A stretch of 63,525 nt of DNA, counting the filler, from Rhabdomonas costata (taxonomy: Eukaryota), in NCBI GenBank assembly GCA_019059605.1. It is 33 parts of 33 records of this genome, joined end to end, with 100 filler letters (N's around TTAATTAATTAA, not from the genome) between each part and the next. Parts side by side here need not be neighbours in the genome. Positions count along the whole stretch, not along the records: positions 1 to 1,831 come from JAHMHO010008484.1; positions 1,932 to 3,759 come from JAHMHO010008485.1; positions 3,860 to 5,689 come from JAHMHO010008486.1; positions 5,790 to 7,617 come from JAHMHO010008487.1; positions 7,718 to 9,546 come from JAHMHO010008488.1; positions 9,647 to 11,475 come from JAHMHO010008489.1; positions 11,576 to 13,404 come from JAHMHO010008490.1; 26 more parts are not named here. One strand, written 5' to 3'. Within the stretch, counting starts at the first letter, position 1; each line of letters begins with the position of its first letter. Below the pieces are notes generated by a model. That model was given only the letters and a program-made list of their open reading frames with translations. It was not told where the DNA came from and did not search any database. The position numbers and the translations under genes are program-made. Shown here piece by piece: positions 1 through 12,274 of this stretch.

Positions 1-1831
1 TGTTGGGGGGGGGGTTCAATGAGTCCAATGGATCCAACTTAGACACCAAGTCACTTGGAGCTTTACACCCAGTGGCTCTGATGCGTGACCAGAACCGAAA
101 TATGGCGCGAGTCATGTCGACAGTGAGAGTCACAGCGGAGACGATAATTTGGCAAAAACTGACCGCGGAACCTCGGAGACGAGATGAAATGACACTCAGG
201 TCGTTTTAATGTCCGAAAAAGCCTGAAAATTTCCTCAAAAAACACATTAAGATCACGCGCCACAAAAACATGTCACTTTGTTGCTTTTTCAGTGAGTAAT
301 TTGCGACGATAGATGTTCCCACCTAGGCGGTTAACGCCAGGAGGAACCAACGGTAGTGAGTGACGACCTGAGAGAGAAGCGTTAGCGTCACTTCAGCATT
401 CTCAATCCCCGTAACTCCGCTGGTGGTTAGTGAGGGATGTCTGAGTGGACTGCAAAGGCATCCCGAACGCAGTGGTGACTTTTATGCTGATGTCGGCCAA
501 CTGCACCACCCTAGTTTGGGTTTCCTTCAACCACCGGAGGTAGGAATGCCAACATCTTGGAGCGTAGGCGTAGCCCTAGCGACAGCGTATCTACATGAAG
601 GCACCAAGAAAAAACACAGTCCATTTCTGACAAAAGTGGCATATGTTCTGTCACCTGCATCCATCACAGTAAGCAGAAGGGAAGCATTGGCACTGCGGTT
701 GGAATTGAATAAAGTCCTGAGGTGAGACGTTGCGTACTGGTACATGGGTGGCTTGAGTGCGCTTGGCTGAGTGATGTTTGTGCATCCCGGAGGCGTTTTA
801 TTTTCGCTTGGGTTTTTGGTATTTCTGTCTTCTCTGTCTTCTTGCATCTAGGTAGTGAGTGAGTCCAAGTGGAGTGAGGGGTCACGGAACCAGGTTTGAC
901 TTTTGAATTTCTGTCTTCTGTATTTGAGGGTACTTCTCTCTTCGAGTTCTGGCATTTTACATTTCCGTATTGGGCATTTCTGTTTGTGTGGGGTTTTGTC
1001 TGTGGGTAGGTGGCTGTTGGAATTCGTCTGTTGTTGAGTGGTTGTTGGAATTCTTGACTTTATTTTCTTTTTCTTCTTTTTGACTTTTGGTGGAATTCTA
1101 GCGGTTGGATGTTCTGAGGGGGTTTATTAGTGCACGGGTACTTAGGAGTGGTTCTGTGATTCTTTGATTTGATTTTGATTCTTGTTTTCTTTTGGATTTT
1201 GGAGTTGAGAGTTGGATGCGTGTTGGGAGGGTAATTAGCGTAACGGTCCTTGGGTTGGAATTTCTCACTTTTTGACTTTTGGAGTTTTCAGAAATTCTTG
1301 AGTGAGTGTCTGGGTTGGTGGTTACTCTTGGCGTAAGTGGGCTCGGGGTTGGTAGCGTGGATTTCTTGATGAGGTTGAGAATTCGTGGGTGGGTATTTGG
1401 TGATTCTGTTTGGTGTAAGTGAGTATTGGCTTCTTGGGTTTTGAGTTCGGGGTTGCGAGATTGGAGTTGGGAATTGGAGTTGGTGATCTTGGGACGTGAC
1501 TGAGTGGTGGTTGTGGGCTTAGAATGTGTGTTGGGAGTTTGGGAGTTGGGTTCGTGATTTTGATGGATTTTATTTTCGCGTGGAATTTGGAAATTTATTT
1601 TCCCGTGGGTTTTTAAGTATTGTTTTTTGGGGTTGGGTTTCAGACGTCCCTCGGGATGTCCATTCTGGAGTTGGTCCAATACTTACGGCCACTGCAACCC
1701 TACCGTAAATGCCAGGGGAACGCAAGGGAGCTGAGGTATTAAAGAATATATCCGCCACGCTGTCACTGACCCGAAATTGGTGTATGCGTCGCGAGAAGTG
1801 ACCAGGGTTAAGTTTGTTCGACTCAAAAAAA

Positions 1832-1931
1832 NNNNNNNNNNNNNNNNNNNNNNNNNNNNNNNNNNNNNNNNNNNNTTAATTAATTAANNNNNNNNNNNNN
1901 NNNNNNNNNNNNNNNNNNNNNNNNNNNNNNN
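1832..1931. other. Artificial contig linker (44N-TTAATTAATTAA-44N), first of 32
   Basis: Identical 100-nt spacers start at 1832, 3760, 5690, 7618, 9547, 11476, 13405, 15331, 17260, 19189, 21118, 23046, 24975, 26903, 28832, 30760, 32688, 34616, 36544, 38472, 40398, 42325, 44253, 46180, 48107, 50033, 51958, 53885, 55812, 57743, 59676 and 61603. The 12-mer puts stops in all six frames. Contigs are all about 1825-1833 nt, as in a length-sorted concatenation. Confidence 0.99.
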
Positions 1932-2050
1932 GTGGTTGTGGCGAAGAAAAAGAGGTCAGTCCCATTGCGCCTCTTTTGAAGCTTACTCCCTTTTACTCAG
2001 CTTCAAAAGAGGCGCAATGGGACTGACCTCTTTTTCTTCGCCATAGCCAC
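1932..2050. repeat. Inverted repeat (about 52-bp arms, 15-nt loop) at contig start
   Basis: GGCGAAGAAAAAGAGGTCAGTCCCATTGCGCCTCTTTTGAAGCT is followed by its reverse complement, with mismatches only at the extreme contig end. Confidence 0.95.
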
Positions 2051-2335
2051 CGCTCCCTTTTCCATCTCTCTTTTCTTCTGCCCATTCGAGTTGTCTTCTG
2101 CTTTCGCTCTCCCTCTGTCTTCTCACTTCTATCCCCCTGTGCGTACATGTGTATGTGGCCGTGCATTAACTGGGTTTTTTTTGCTGTGAATTGCTGTGTC
2201 TTGTGTGCGGAAGCCCGAACATCCCGCAATTTTTGCTCAACAAAAATGAAAACAAAATGAAAACAGTTTGGGGATTGTGACTGCAAAAACACGACCTTCC
2301 CCTGCTTCATTTTTTTGCTATCTGGTTTCACTCAG

Positions 2336-3504
2336 CCGCGGACATCGCGTCGGAGTTGCACAGCATCAGCAGCAGCCTGCCCTCCTCCGCGTCCAGTTTG
2401 GTAAACATCGACTGGCGGTCCATTAACGACACAGAATCGAAGATCTCGAGTTCCATTCGTCTGGCGGTATGCAAACTTTGCTTTGTCCACTGAAAAATCT
2501 CTCCCTCCCTTTTTTATGGAGAGGTGGGGGCGACGATTGCTTCTTTGCTACACGGCGACCGGTATACCGGTAACTGCAAGAACCGAGCTCACACCGGCAC
2601 CCAGTTAGAGCTTCGTTTCGTGCAGCTTCCACGGGATGCTGAATTCGAGTTTCCACAGGATATTATTTCACTTGCCACATTACAGACTCCTTGCTGGCTT
2701 CTCTTTTGCACGCTTATCTTTAAGACTCTGGCGGTTTTCGTGCCAGATTTCTGATGCGTTGGGCTCCACCAACTACAGCAGCTCGTACGTCGATGATGTG
2801 CGGACGGCGGTGAACAACGGGGGTGACTGGGTGTGCTTGAGTGTCCGGACATACGAGGGAGAGAGGGGGGGGGTGCTGCTTTGCTAATCGACAAAAGGGT
2901 GCTTACACCTCTGGCGCGTTGCGACAGTGGGTGTCCCGGTGTCGGAATGTCGGGATCACTCGGATCGTCTGGGATCGTCTGGGTAACCAGTGTAAGAAAA
3001 GCGAAAGAAAAAACAGGAAAGCTGTCCGAATTCAGGAAGTGATGTCAACGCACAAGTTCACGGCAACGAGTCCCAACCGGATCGAAGAAGTGTGAGAGTG
3101 TTCTTCCAGAATGTAATGAATGTGAAAGGGTGAAAGGGTACTGAGTGTAATCATTTTTTCGGTTTTGTTTCTACTGAATTGTCCCCTTTTGCTCTTTGTT
3201 TCGGGTGAGACGAAAGAGCAACCACTACTGAAAAAGGAGGGCATTGCGGCACGAAAGTGGTACAGAGAGGTTCTTGGCCCATTCTAGCGCACCCCAGTTT
3301 GGCCGAGCCCTTAAGAGCATCTGGCAAGTGCGTCACCCTCAATGGCCTGTGTGTGCTGGGCTTTCCTCCCCATCTAATACAGCAAATGATAAATCAGAGA
3401 CCTTCTTCACCCAAACCCTCAGGTGCAAATGGTTAAGGATGCTGTGCAGAAGGTGGAGACGAACCGCTGGATCGGCGTGATTGTGCTGGTCTGCGTCGGC
3501 GCAG
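2336..3504 (+). CDS. Partial multi-exon membrane protein (helical ectodomain then TM helix; possibly tweety/prominin-like)
   Basis: Exons 2336-2466 (alternative donor at 2401), 2747-2830 and 3423-3504 have AG/GT borders in compatible phases. They read ...DIASELHSIS...NDTESKISSSIRLA|ISDALGSTNYSSSYVDDVRTAVNNGGDW|VQMVKDAVQKVETNRWIGVIVLVCVGA. Family assignment is weak. Confidence 0.55.
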
Positions 3505-3859
3505 GTCGCATCCCTTTTTGCGCCCTCCCTCCTTCATGGTCTTCTTCTTTTCTTCCGTATAGCACAAAAACATGCTCTGGGCTTACGGTCAATATGTTCT
3601 CTCCGCTGGGTCAAAAAAGGGCGAGGAGGCGGTCTCCGAACCAGTTTTCAGCGAAGCAGACTGATTCGATACTCCTTTTTTTTGACAAATTTTTACTATT
3701 TTGCTGTGTCTGGGTGTCCTGCTCGGCAATAAGCTGGAGACCTTCTTCTCTATGCTCTTNNNNNNNNNNNNNNNNNNNNNNNNNNNNNNNNNNNNNNNNN
3801 NNNTTAATTAATTAANNNNNNNNNNNNNNNNNNNNNNNNNNNNNNNNNNNNNNNNNNNN

Positions 3860-4038
3860 TGTTTTTTTTAGTTCGAGGTCTGCTTGGTTCCTTATTTGGC
3901 TGGGAGGCAGTGGCCACGCGCCCGTATCGGGTCTCTCTCTAGTTTCCGCTGCTTTGCTCTTTCGTCTCTGGGTCTCATGTTTTTTATAGTTCGAGGTCTG
4001 CTTGGTTCCTTATTTGGCTGGGAGGCAGTGGCCACGCG
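3860..4038. repeat. Direct duplication (about 75-80 bp, 2 copies) at contig start
   Basis: TAGTTCGAGGTCTGCTTGGTTCCTTATTTGGCTGGGAGGCAGTGGCCACGCGCCCGTATCGGGTCTCTCTCT occurs twice, about 118 nt apart. Confidence 0.9.
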
Positions 4039-6439
4039 CCCGTATCGGGTCTCTCTCTCGTTCTCTCTTTTTTCCCCTGCCGCCGATGCCCTTGCACACG
4101 CACACTCACCACACTCCCATTCCCGTCCACGAAGTACCATCTTATACCCTCATCGCCGTTGCCGTGTTGAAAGAAAGGACGCCGAAAAGCCCCCTCCCCC
4201 TGCTCAAACCAGTTGCTCTCAGCATTGGGAGGCAGGCGTTCTGAAAAATTGTAAACTACAAACGGTCTGTGAATACTTCCCCCACACATCCATGGAAGTG
4301 CTTTCCCTTCTTTGGATCTTTTCCCGCCCTTGTTATCGTGGCATTGCTCCTTCCCTAGATGAGGTGTCCTGAAAACGCATTTATTGGAGCGGCGACGCAT
4401 ATCCTCGGGCGGTTGTTTTTTCTCCTCTGCGGTGCATGCAGATCCTATTTTCATTTTTCTATTTTTCTGTGGTTGAAAGCCTAGACGTATTCTGTCATCC
4501 TACCCGCAACTTCCTCCCCCCTCCCCCTCCCACATTTTTCGTGAGTCCTTCAATAATGGTGCAGAGTTATGTATAGCTATGTCAGTGGTCAGTGTTCTTA
4601 CTGTCAGTGGTCTTCCCCAACTTGAAACCCAGGTTTCGCGAGCCTGTGGCCATGGTACATACCCTGCTCTCCTACTGTGTCGTATCCGGGGCTGATCGTG
4701 TGGGTGCCCGCTTAATTCTGAACTTGTCACGATTGCTTGTCCCAAAAAGAGTGACAAAAATGGACGTTAAATAGCCCTACCTCGGCGAAGGGAAGGAGAA
4801 CGAGGCTCAGTGGCAGCCAGCCAACTCATTCCTTCTCTCTCTCCCCCCCCCTCCTGATTACCTCCATCCCACGAAATATCCCAATCCGCCACTCTCAAAC
4901 AAGTCAGTTTTAGGTCTCTGTTTTGTTTTGGTAAAGGCGTGAACATGGGGTTCCACCGCTGCAGTCGGGTGCCGCCATGGGTGCCAATGGTGCTGCGTAA
5001 CCCCTCTTCCGACCTCACAACGGCTGTCCATGGTTTGTCGTGGGGGGATGTCCCCGTTCCTTTCCAAGTCAGCACCTGTAGGGTTTTGTTATTTTTCATT
5101 CGACGGGTCTGAAGAAGCTGGAAGAATTGGGAAGTCTCTTTCTTTCTGGGTCGGCACACTCCCACGATATGTTGCTGCCCCTGGAACGCCTTATGGGAGG
5201 GACGCACTCTCTTGCCCGCTCTTTTTGCAGTGTCACCGGCTTTTTGTTGACCGCGCCAGTGTTTCTTCCTTATCGTGAGGAGCGGAGATTATTGTCCAGC
5301 TCTTCTTAAGGCAGGAAGGGTGAGAGTGTGGTGTTTTAGACAGTGTATGCCGACTTTCCGTGGCCCTGTTGTTTCCTTCCTTTATTATATCTTTTTTCTC
5401 TTTCGTCCTCTCTCTCTCTGTCGTTCTCTCTCTTTGCTGAGTTTGTTCACCCGAAGCATTCGCCACTCTTCTTTCCGAGGAGCTTGGTCCCCACAGCATA
5501 CTTTCCATCGATTCTGTTGAGAGCAGAAGCATTCGCGAGTAGCATTTGGGGCTTGACTGACATTTTTGACATTGACATTTTTGGTTGCAGCGTGTCTTAT
5601 TCTTCTCTTTTTCTCTTTTCTTTCTCTTCGAAAGGATTTTCTTCTCCTCTGCGCCCAAGGTCGGTGGCTTCCCGCGGTTTCATGGCAATNNNNNNNNNNN
5701 NNNNNNNNNNNNNNNNNNNNNNNNNNNNNNNNNTTAATTAATTAANNNNNNNNNNNNNNNNNNNNNNNNNNNNNNNNNNNNNNNNNNNNTGTGTAAAGTG
5801 TGTTTGGGGGGGTGTTGTACTCGTTCGTGAATATGACTTGAGACCGTTTACGCATTTTCGGGCTCACGCCTTTCAAAGAAGGAACGAAGGAATGTTTAGA
5901 TCATGATTGGGTATCGCAGCGCTGCTGGACAGGGGTGTCAAAGTGGGGATAGAGGGTGGATATTGCTCGGGTTCTGTCCATTTCTCAGGCTCAGGATTGC
6001 TAAGAAATAAGCGGAAAGGGAGCAGTAGCCGCCTGATAACCTCTGCCACGCAGTGAGACGAAAGAGACGCCACTGAGATAAAAAAGAAGTGGCAAGTTGG
6101 CTGTTCCATTTCCCACTACCTGATGCACTCAGTGGTAGTCATTCTGAAAAAAAATATCAGTCTTGAGCTGGAAAGGAAATATTGGCTCAATTATGACATG
6201 GCGTTGGCCCCCCCTTTGAACCTCCCCAACACATGATGGCATGATGGTAGCCTTTCAGTGAGCTGAAAGGATGAGGGAGCTCCGATCTGTTTCCTCATAG
6301 GAGCTTTCTTGCATTCCTTCCTCTCCATTTCCATCCGTGTTCCAACGCGTCGAAACGAATTAATTTGCGTGAGAGCCTGTGAGAGTCAGTGTGGGATTCG
6401 CCTCCTGCACTGAGCTTCCCCCGTTACCACGGCTCCGTG

Positions 6440-7256
6440 ATGGCTCTGCCCCCGGAGATGGGTGCCCTGCTGGAGGAGGGTACGGAGTGCGTGCTGGCAA
6501 TCGCGGACGGGGAGAGCCCTCCTCACCTCTGCCTGATGCGGTACTCGTGCGCCCCGCCATCACGAGTGGTGATCACCACTCGTCGGGACACCAAGAAGAG
6601 CGCGCTGCTGCGCCAGGCCAGTGCGGTGTCGCTGATGCTCAGCAACCCCTCCAAGAGCCTTGTGCTGCAGGCCAAGGTAGTGGGGACTTTTTTTGACTTA
6701 GGGACAGTTGTGTCTGTTTGCTCGTGTTTGTGCGATGTAAAGACAGAAAGAAACACACACACGTGTGAAGGAGAGCCATGATGGAAAGAAAAGCTACCTC
6801 AGAAGCGCGCAGCCTGGATGCTCGGTTGGGGGTCCTATGGCTCTGTTGTCAGATGTGGGGTGCCGTCAGTCCATTTTCATACTGTTTGCTGTACACAGAT
6901 TGGTGGATACAGGGTGGATGACACGCGGGGGTCGGCCGATTGAATTGTGCAATCTTCTTCTCCTACATGCTGCACCGAAGGCACCTCTCCTTGTTTCGTG
7001 GTCTCCTGATTGGTTTAGCAACCTTTTCTGAAGGGTCCATCCGTCCTTTGACTTCCCTTCCGCCCCCGTTTTCGCGCGGTCGGCGCAGGTGCAGCAGCCG
7101 GACCCCTCGGAGGTCCCTTCCCTCCGTAGCCTGCACGCCGCCCGGCACCCCAGCCATGCCGTGTTTGTGCAGAGCCCTGAGCTGGAGCTCTATGTTCTCT
7201 CTCCGTACTCCGGGAGGATGACCGACTTGCAGGACAGGGTCACCACGTGGCCATAG
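6440..7256 (+). CDS. Complete two-exon pyridoxamine 5'-phosphate oxidase-like (FMN-binding split-barrel) protein, about 134 aa
   Basis: Exon 6440-6676 (ATG ... AAG|GTAGTG) plus exon 7089-7256 (CAG|GTG ... TAG), phase 0. It reads MALPPEMGALLEEGTECVLAIADGESPPHLCLMRYS...VVITTRRDTKKSALLRQASAVSLML...|VQQPDPSEVPSLRSLHAARHPSHAVFVQSPELELYVL...VTTWP*. The CVLA, PH-x-x-LM, T-x-x-x-TKK and VSL pattern is typical of PNPOx-like proteins. Confidence 0.75.
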
Positions 7257-10200
7257 CAGCATGGCACGCCGATCCACTCGAATGGCACTCACGCCTTGCC
7301 CACATCCACCACATGCCGAATGGGTAACGCGCGCCTGGAATCTCGCGGGCACGGCCTCCTTCGAGCGATACGTCATCTTCATGCACTGATGCACTGAACC
7401 ACCAGTGTCGGTTTCATCCATACGTTCACATTTCAAAGATTTACTCTGTGTGTCTTTGTATTTTTGCACCTTGAACAACCGCAAGCGCGAGTTCTTATAA
7501 CGGCATCGCTGTATTGCGACCTGATTATCACCAGGACGCACGACTCCACTTGGGAATTAGAGAACGGGCATCAGCAAGTGTCCTGTTTGGCGCTTCGGCG
7601 GGTTCTTCAGGAAACGTNNNNNNNNNNNNNNNNNNNNNNNNNNNNNNNNNNNNNNNNNNNNTTAATTAATTAANNNNNNNNNNNNNNNNNNNNNNNNNNN
7701 NNNNNNNNNNNNNNNNNGTTGTGGTTGAACAGATGTCTGAACATTGCTCTCAACATTGTTGCTGCAAACGTAAAAGAAAGCTGTCTGTGTTTAGGGGGGA
7801 TATGCTCATGAGCAAAATCTCTTGCGTGAATGCAACCGTCGCTGGTAGCAATGGTGACGTGTGGGTAGGGGCTGTGCTTTTGCGAAGTGGGGTCATCGCC
7901 TGCAGTTTCTATTGCCGAGGATGAAGAAGAATGCATATGATGGAGATTGCCGCCAGGGGCGTGCTGCGGTTGAATGAGACCGTCGTGGTTTGAGCTCACG
8001 GTTTGTCGAATGTAGGCATACGTACGGCATTCGAGATTAAAACACTGACTCCCGTGCACACGCGGCACGCGGGTACGCAGGCAGCATCTCCCTTGAGATC
8101 CGTCGCCTTCCAACACCCGAAGGCTATGAAAAACCTGTTCAGTGCTCTCGGTACTGCGGACACCATGAGAGCAGATTCCAGCAGCCCGTATGCCCAAGCC
8201 TACCTCACCCACCGTTGCTGCCTCTGAATTTTGTGAGCGCTTGCCTTCCGCTGAGAGTGGTCTTCAATGTGAGAGAGCAAGCTGCACAGGGAGTTTCGCG
8301 AGCTATTTGCCAGGTCGGTTCCTGGCCCGTGAGTAAGGGTGTTTGTTTTAACCCCACCCCTTCGGTAGTGGGGCGAGATTACGAGAGTCGGCCTGGAGCG
8401 TTTCAGGAAGATTTTGGATGTACCCCATGCCCGCTTGGGCTTCTCCCTCTCTTAAAAAGCTTTTCTTGTGCTTGTTCCTTGGCTTGAGTTGCTTAACTCC
8501 CAACCGTTGCCCATTTATGGCGATATTCCTTCGAATAGAAAAGAAAGGTGCTGTCATGTGCGGTTTGCTTCACTCGCGTGCACACTTGAGACGAAAGAAC
8601 AACCACCACAGAAGATGGAATGAACACAATCTGATATCTTTTTCTATTACAGGGCTATATTTTTTTATGCGCAAGGCTGAGGAATCTCGATCACGGGGAC
8701 CAATGTCTTGTGCTGGGTAATTGATTACTTTCAGTGATTCCTATCACCTTCTCACAACCGAAGGTCCGTGGCTGCTTTCAGAATTCCGACCGAAATGCCT
8801 CGGGTAACCCCCTCTCCTTCCGGGATTGCACCTCGGCTCGACGCTGCCTTGCGGCGCGCCCACGCAAAGACCCCGCTGCGGCCCACCCGCCGGTGGAGAC
8901 GCACCATGCTGACCTCCCTCGCCGTGGATCTGAGCACCCAAGAGGCCTCCCCCCGGGATCGCCCCCGCCCTCTTCAGCTGAAGCCGCTGCAGGCCACGCC
9001 CTCGGGATATGGAGAGGATGTCTCGGAGAATGAAGACCAGCAGTTTGGGCTTAGCTCCACGGCGGGCAGTTCCCACCGGAGCAGAGGTGAATGTTGCCTG
9101 CGCAGAACTGCACGGCGGTTTGGTGGGTGTACAGCTGAAGCCAAAAGAAATGCCCCTAATAAAAATGGCTCTGAGCCACATTGCAGCATACCCCCTTCAA
9201 CTATTCAGCTGAAATCCCATATTGGTCTGAGATATCTATTTTCCCCTGGGCCGTGACGAACGATATTGGGGCACTTTTGAGGAAAGCTCAAGACAGCCTT
9301 CACAAGCGTCCCTGGCGGTAGACCCTGCTGTTTAATGTTCTGATGGGGCGAGCATGAAGCAGCCATTTGCCGCAAACATAATTGAAGAAGGAAGGAGGGA
9401 AAACGTGGTATCTCTCATCGTGGTTCCGAGGAAGAAAGCAGGACTGTGGCTCGTGCTGGAATCTGACTTGGCTTGGACCACAGACGAGATAGAATAAAGG
9501 GGTGAATGAAAAGGTGGAAACTGAAACAAACACAACCCACCCACAANNNNNNNNNNNNNNNNNNNNNNNNNNNNNNNNNNNNNNNNNNNNTTAATTAATT
9601 AANNNNNNNNNNNNNNNNNNNNNNNNNNNNNNNNNNNNNNNNNNNNTGTGGGGGGGGTCCGAATAAAGGGGTGAGCACTTTCTCCATGGGGGAGCTTCTG
9701 CTGTGCGCGATGGAGCTGGCGGAGACAAAGCTGCACTGTGCGGGGTACAACTACTACGAGCCAGGGAACTCTGGGGAGGCCATCCCGGTGACCTCGCTGA
9801 TCCCTAAACCAACGTCCCCCAGACTATCTCAGGCCGTGGTGCGTGCCTGTGGGATTCCGTCCGTGTGTCGGTGTGCCCTGGGTTCACATTAGATTCGCTT
9901 GCGGATTCTTGCAAAAAAAAATTCGAACATATCAGAAGAATCCAACTAAACTTTCGGGCAAAAACGCCAATATAGGGATACCTGGTGTGTGAGTGGGTGG
10001 GTGCTTGTGTGAATCTTGTTTCTCAAGGCAAGGAGAAATCGAAGTTGAGCGGTAGATATGTGTATTTGGTGTTGGAAAAAAACAGATTCCTTATTGTACT
10101 GGGCTGCCCGTGCACAGTGTGTATGATTTGCCTCTGGGCTTGGTGTGTTTCCTTCTGTCTCTCCGCGTGTCCGTTTCAGAGAAAAGTGATGCAGGGAACC

Positions 10201-11580
10201 ACTTCAGGCCGGTGGCGGGGACTCATTGGGTGTGTGCCTTTTTTGATTGTGAGTATCCATCTTCCTGTCTTGAGCTGAAGAATTTCGATGCCGGTTTTCC
10301 GTTTCATCCTGTGTGTAATCGGGCTCAGCTTAGGTTCCTGTGTGCTCCAGCGTTGCCTTTGGTGTTCCGCTTCTTCTGCAGATACTGGTGTTAATGCACC
10401 TGGGAACATGGGGGATGGGGGGGTGGGGTAAAACGGTATAACAGTCTATGCGATATAGAGGTGCTAAGTGTTATACGATATAGCGGCGTTATGCGGTCAT
10501 GGGGTTGTATAGGGTCAATCTGACATGTGTTTTCATTTAGGAATCTGGTGGGCTCTGGTGGCGCGCCCTCTTCGTCGAGGGTGCAGCAGTCCACAGAGCG
10601 GGACACCACTCCGCCGGCGTCCGCTCGTTGCCGAGGCGTGGCCTCAATTGTCCTGGCCAGCCCCCCGATGGGTGCCTTGACCGCCGACCCACTGGAGTCG
10701 AAGTCTCCACGCAGCCCCACTTCGCCCCCGAAGCCGAAGTCCGCGCGAGGCCTGTTGGCGCTGGGGACTGTGGGAAGCATGGCCACCTCCGTCTCCTCGG
10801 AAGAGCCCATGATGGCGCCCTCCTCCTCACTGAACAAGGAGCTGAGGTTGCTGCCGCACAAGCGAAGGTGCTGTTGCCTGTTCCCGTCACCATTGCCATC
10901 CCCCAAACCCAAACTTTCATTATTTGCAACACCACCCACAGACGAAAACCCAGTGGTCTCTGTCATGACTCGGCGGGATATGGGATGCGACTTAACTTCC
11001 TGCTTTCTTGACGATTCTCCGTAATCTGATCCCCTGTCGTGTGTTTGATGGTGGTGCAATCCGATAGACCTGTCACTGCTGGTGTTATCTGCTGGTGAAT
11101 GCGTTCGAATGAACAGGAGGTATGTGTGAGGTGAGCTGTTTGGACGCGCCATCCTATTCAGGAATATCGCCGAGACTTCAGCAGCTCCCTGTTGGATGAT
11201 CTCGCGTACTTTTGGCGTGGAATTAAGTGGGGTTGGGGGTGAGAGGCATTTGTGGTGTTTTGCAGAACCCGTCGAGTGGGAGCGCGAAGCCCCAGCACTG
11301 TTGCCAAGTCCCGAAGTCCTTCGGCAGCGCGAGGAGAGGTATGCCGCACCATTGCGGACTGTTCCAAAGCGTTCTGGACTTCATGGGTTCCGTTCTGAAG
11401 TGCACGCTGTTTGCCCAACTGTCTGTCTGTCTAAACCAGTAATCGCGTGTTCCATTCAGAAATAATTCTACGCAGNNNNNNNNNNNNNNNNNNNNNNNNN
11501 NNNNNNNNNNNNNNNNNNNTTAATTAATTAANNNNNNNNNNNNNNNNNNNNNNNNNNNNNNNNNNNNNNNNNNNNTGTGT

Positions 11581-11651
11581 GGGGGTTAGGTTAAGTGTGA
11601 ATGACCCAATAAGAATCATCTAATGGGTCATTCACACTTAACCTAACCCCC
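11581..11651. repeat. Inverted repeat (28-bp arms, 15-nt loop) at contig start
   Basis: GGGGGTTAGGTTAAGTGTGAATGACCCA ... TGGGTCATTCACACTTAACCTAACCCCC. A second small hairpin (TGTTTAACGGTGTT / AACACCGTTAAACA) lies at about 11693-11728. Confidence 0.95.
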
Positions 11652-12013
11652 GCGCTGAAAAATAACTTCCCATGAGACCAACATATATTTGTTGTTTAAC
11701 GGTGTTGAACGGTTAACACCGTTAAACAGCAAAACGCAAATTTTTCAAAACTTCCAGATTGCACGTCCCCGCTTCATCCATCGGCTCCGCAGGCTGGCTT
11801 CCGCTCCGGAACTAATACTAATAATGTTGTCTCAATCGATCGACAAAGTCCAAAACGTTTAGCGCCATTAAACTTTTGACGCCCCCCCCCCCGCCTCCAA
11901 ATCATACACGCTAAAAAAATTCCAATTGTCCCATTAAATTCAATGTCACCATGTCGCGGGTTCGGTTGGGAAACATCGGTTGGGAAACGCCAAGAGTTAT
12001 GTGGTGGAATGTA

Positions 12014-12274
12014 CCCGTTCTGGATGTCTGAGAACAGCAAGATATTCAGCCCCTGCATCCACGGGAAAGTCTTCACTGTCGTGAACACGTGGTGATCGAG
12101 GTGATGCAGTGCTACCGCAGCCCGAGCGACGTCCGCGCCATTCCCCCGTAGGGCCTCAGTGGCCTCGATGCAGTTTGCCATCAAGTCCACGGCCATCTCC
12201 CCGCGATCTACGAAGGACTGCAGAGAGGACTGCACGCTGGCAATGAGAGAGCCTTGGAGCTCCATCGAAACGCC
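12014..12274 (-). CDS. Probable exon of unknown protein
   Basis: GC-rich open frame MELQGSLIASVQSSLQSFVDRGEMAVDLMANCIEATEALRG...NILLFSDIQNG flanked by TTAG and GTACAT. Boundaries are approximate and no family was recognised. Confidence 0.4.

Noticed and set aside
1098..1679. 193-aa minus-strand ORF rich in N/P/T/K/Q
   Set aside because: It is a by-product of a G/T-skewed low-complexity tract with recurring GGAATT/GGAGTT motifs, and shows no domain signal.
1876..1887. Regularly spaced TTAATTAATTAA as a CRISPR-like or biological repeat
   Set aside because: It is always embedded in 44+44 N, so it is a synthetic linker. ORFs ending ...XXXLIN are artefacts of it.
2401..2746. Possible euglenid non-conventional (non-GT-AG) intron after ...NDTESK
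   Set aside because: An in-phase conventional donor (GCG|GTATGC at 2467) explains the frame. I found no convincing non-conventional intron anywhere in the window.
10391..11152. 253-aa minus-strand ORF
   Set aside because: It is more likely the antisense shadow of a Ser/Pro-rich plus-strand exon (from about 10541), and has no recognisable domain.
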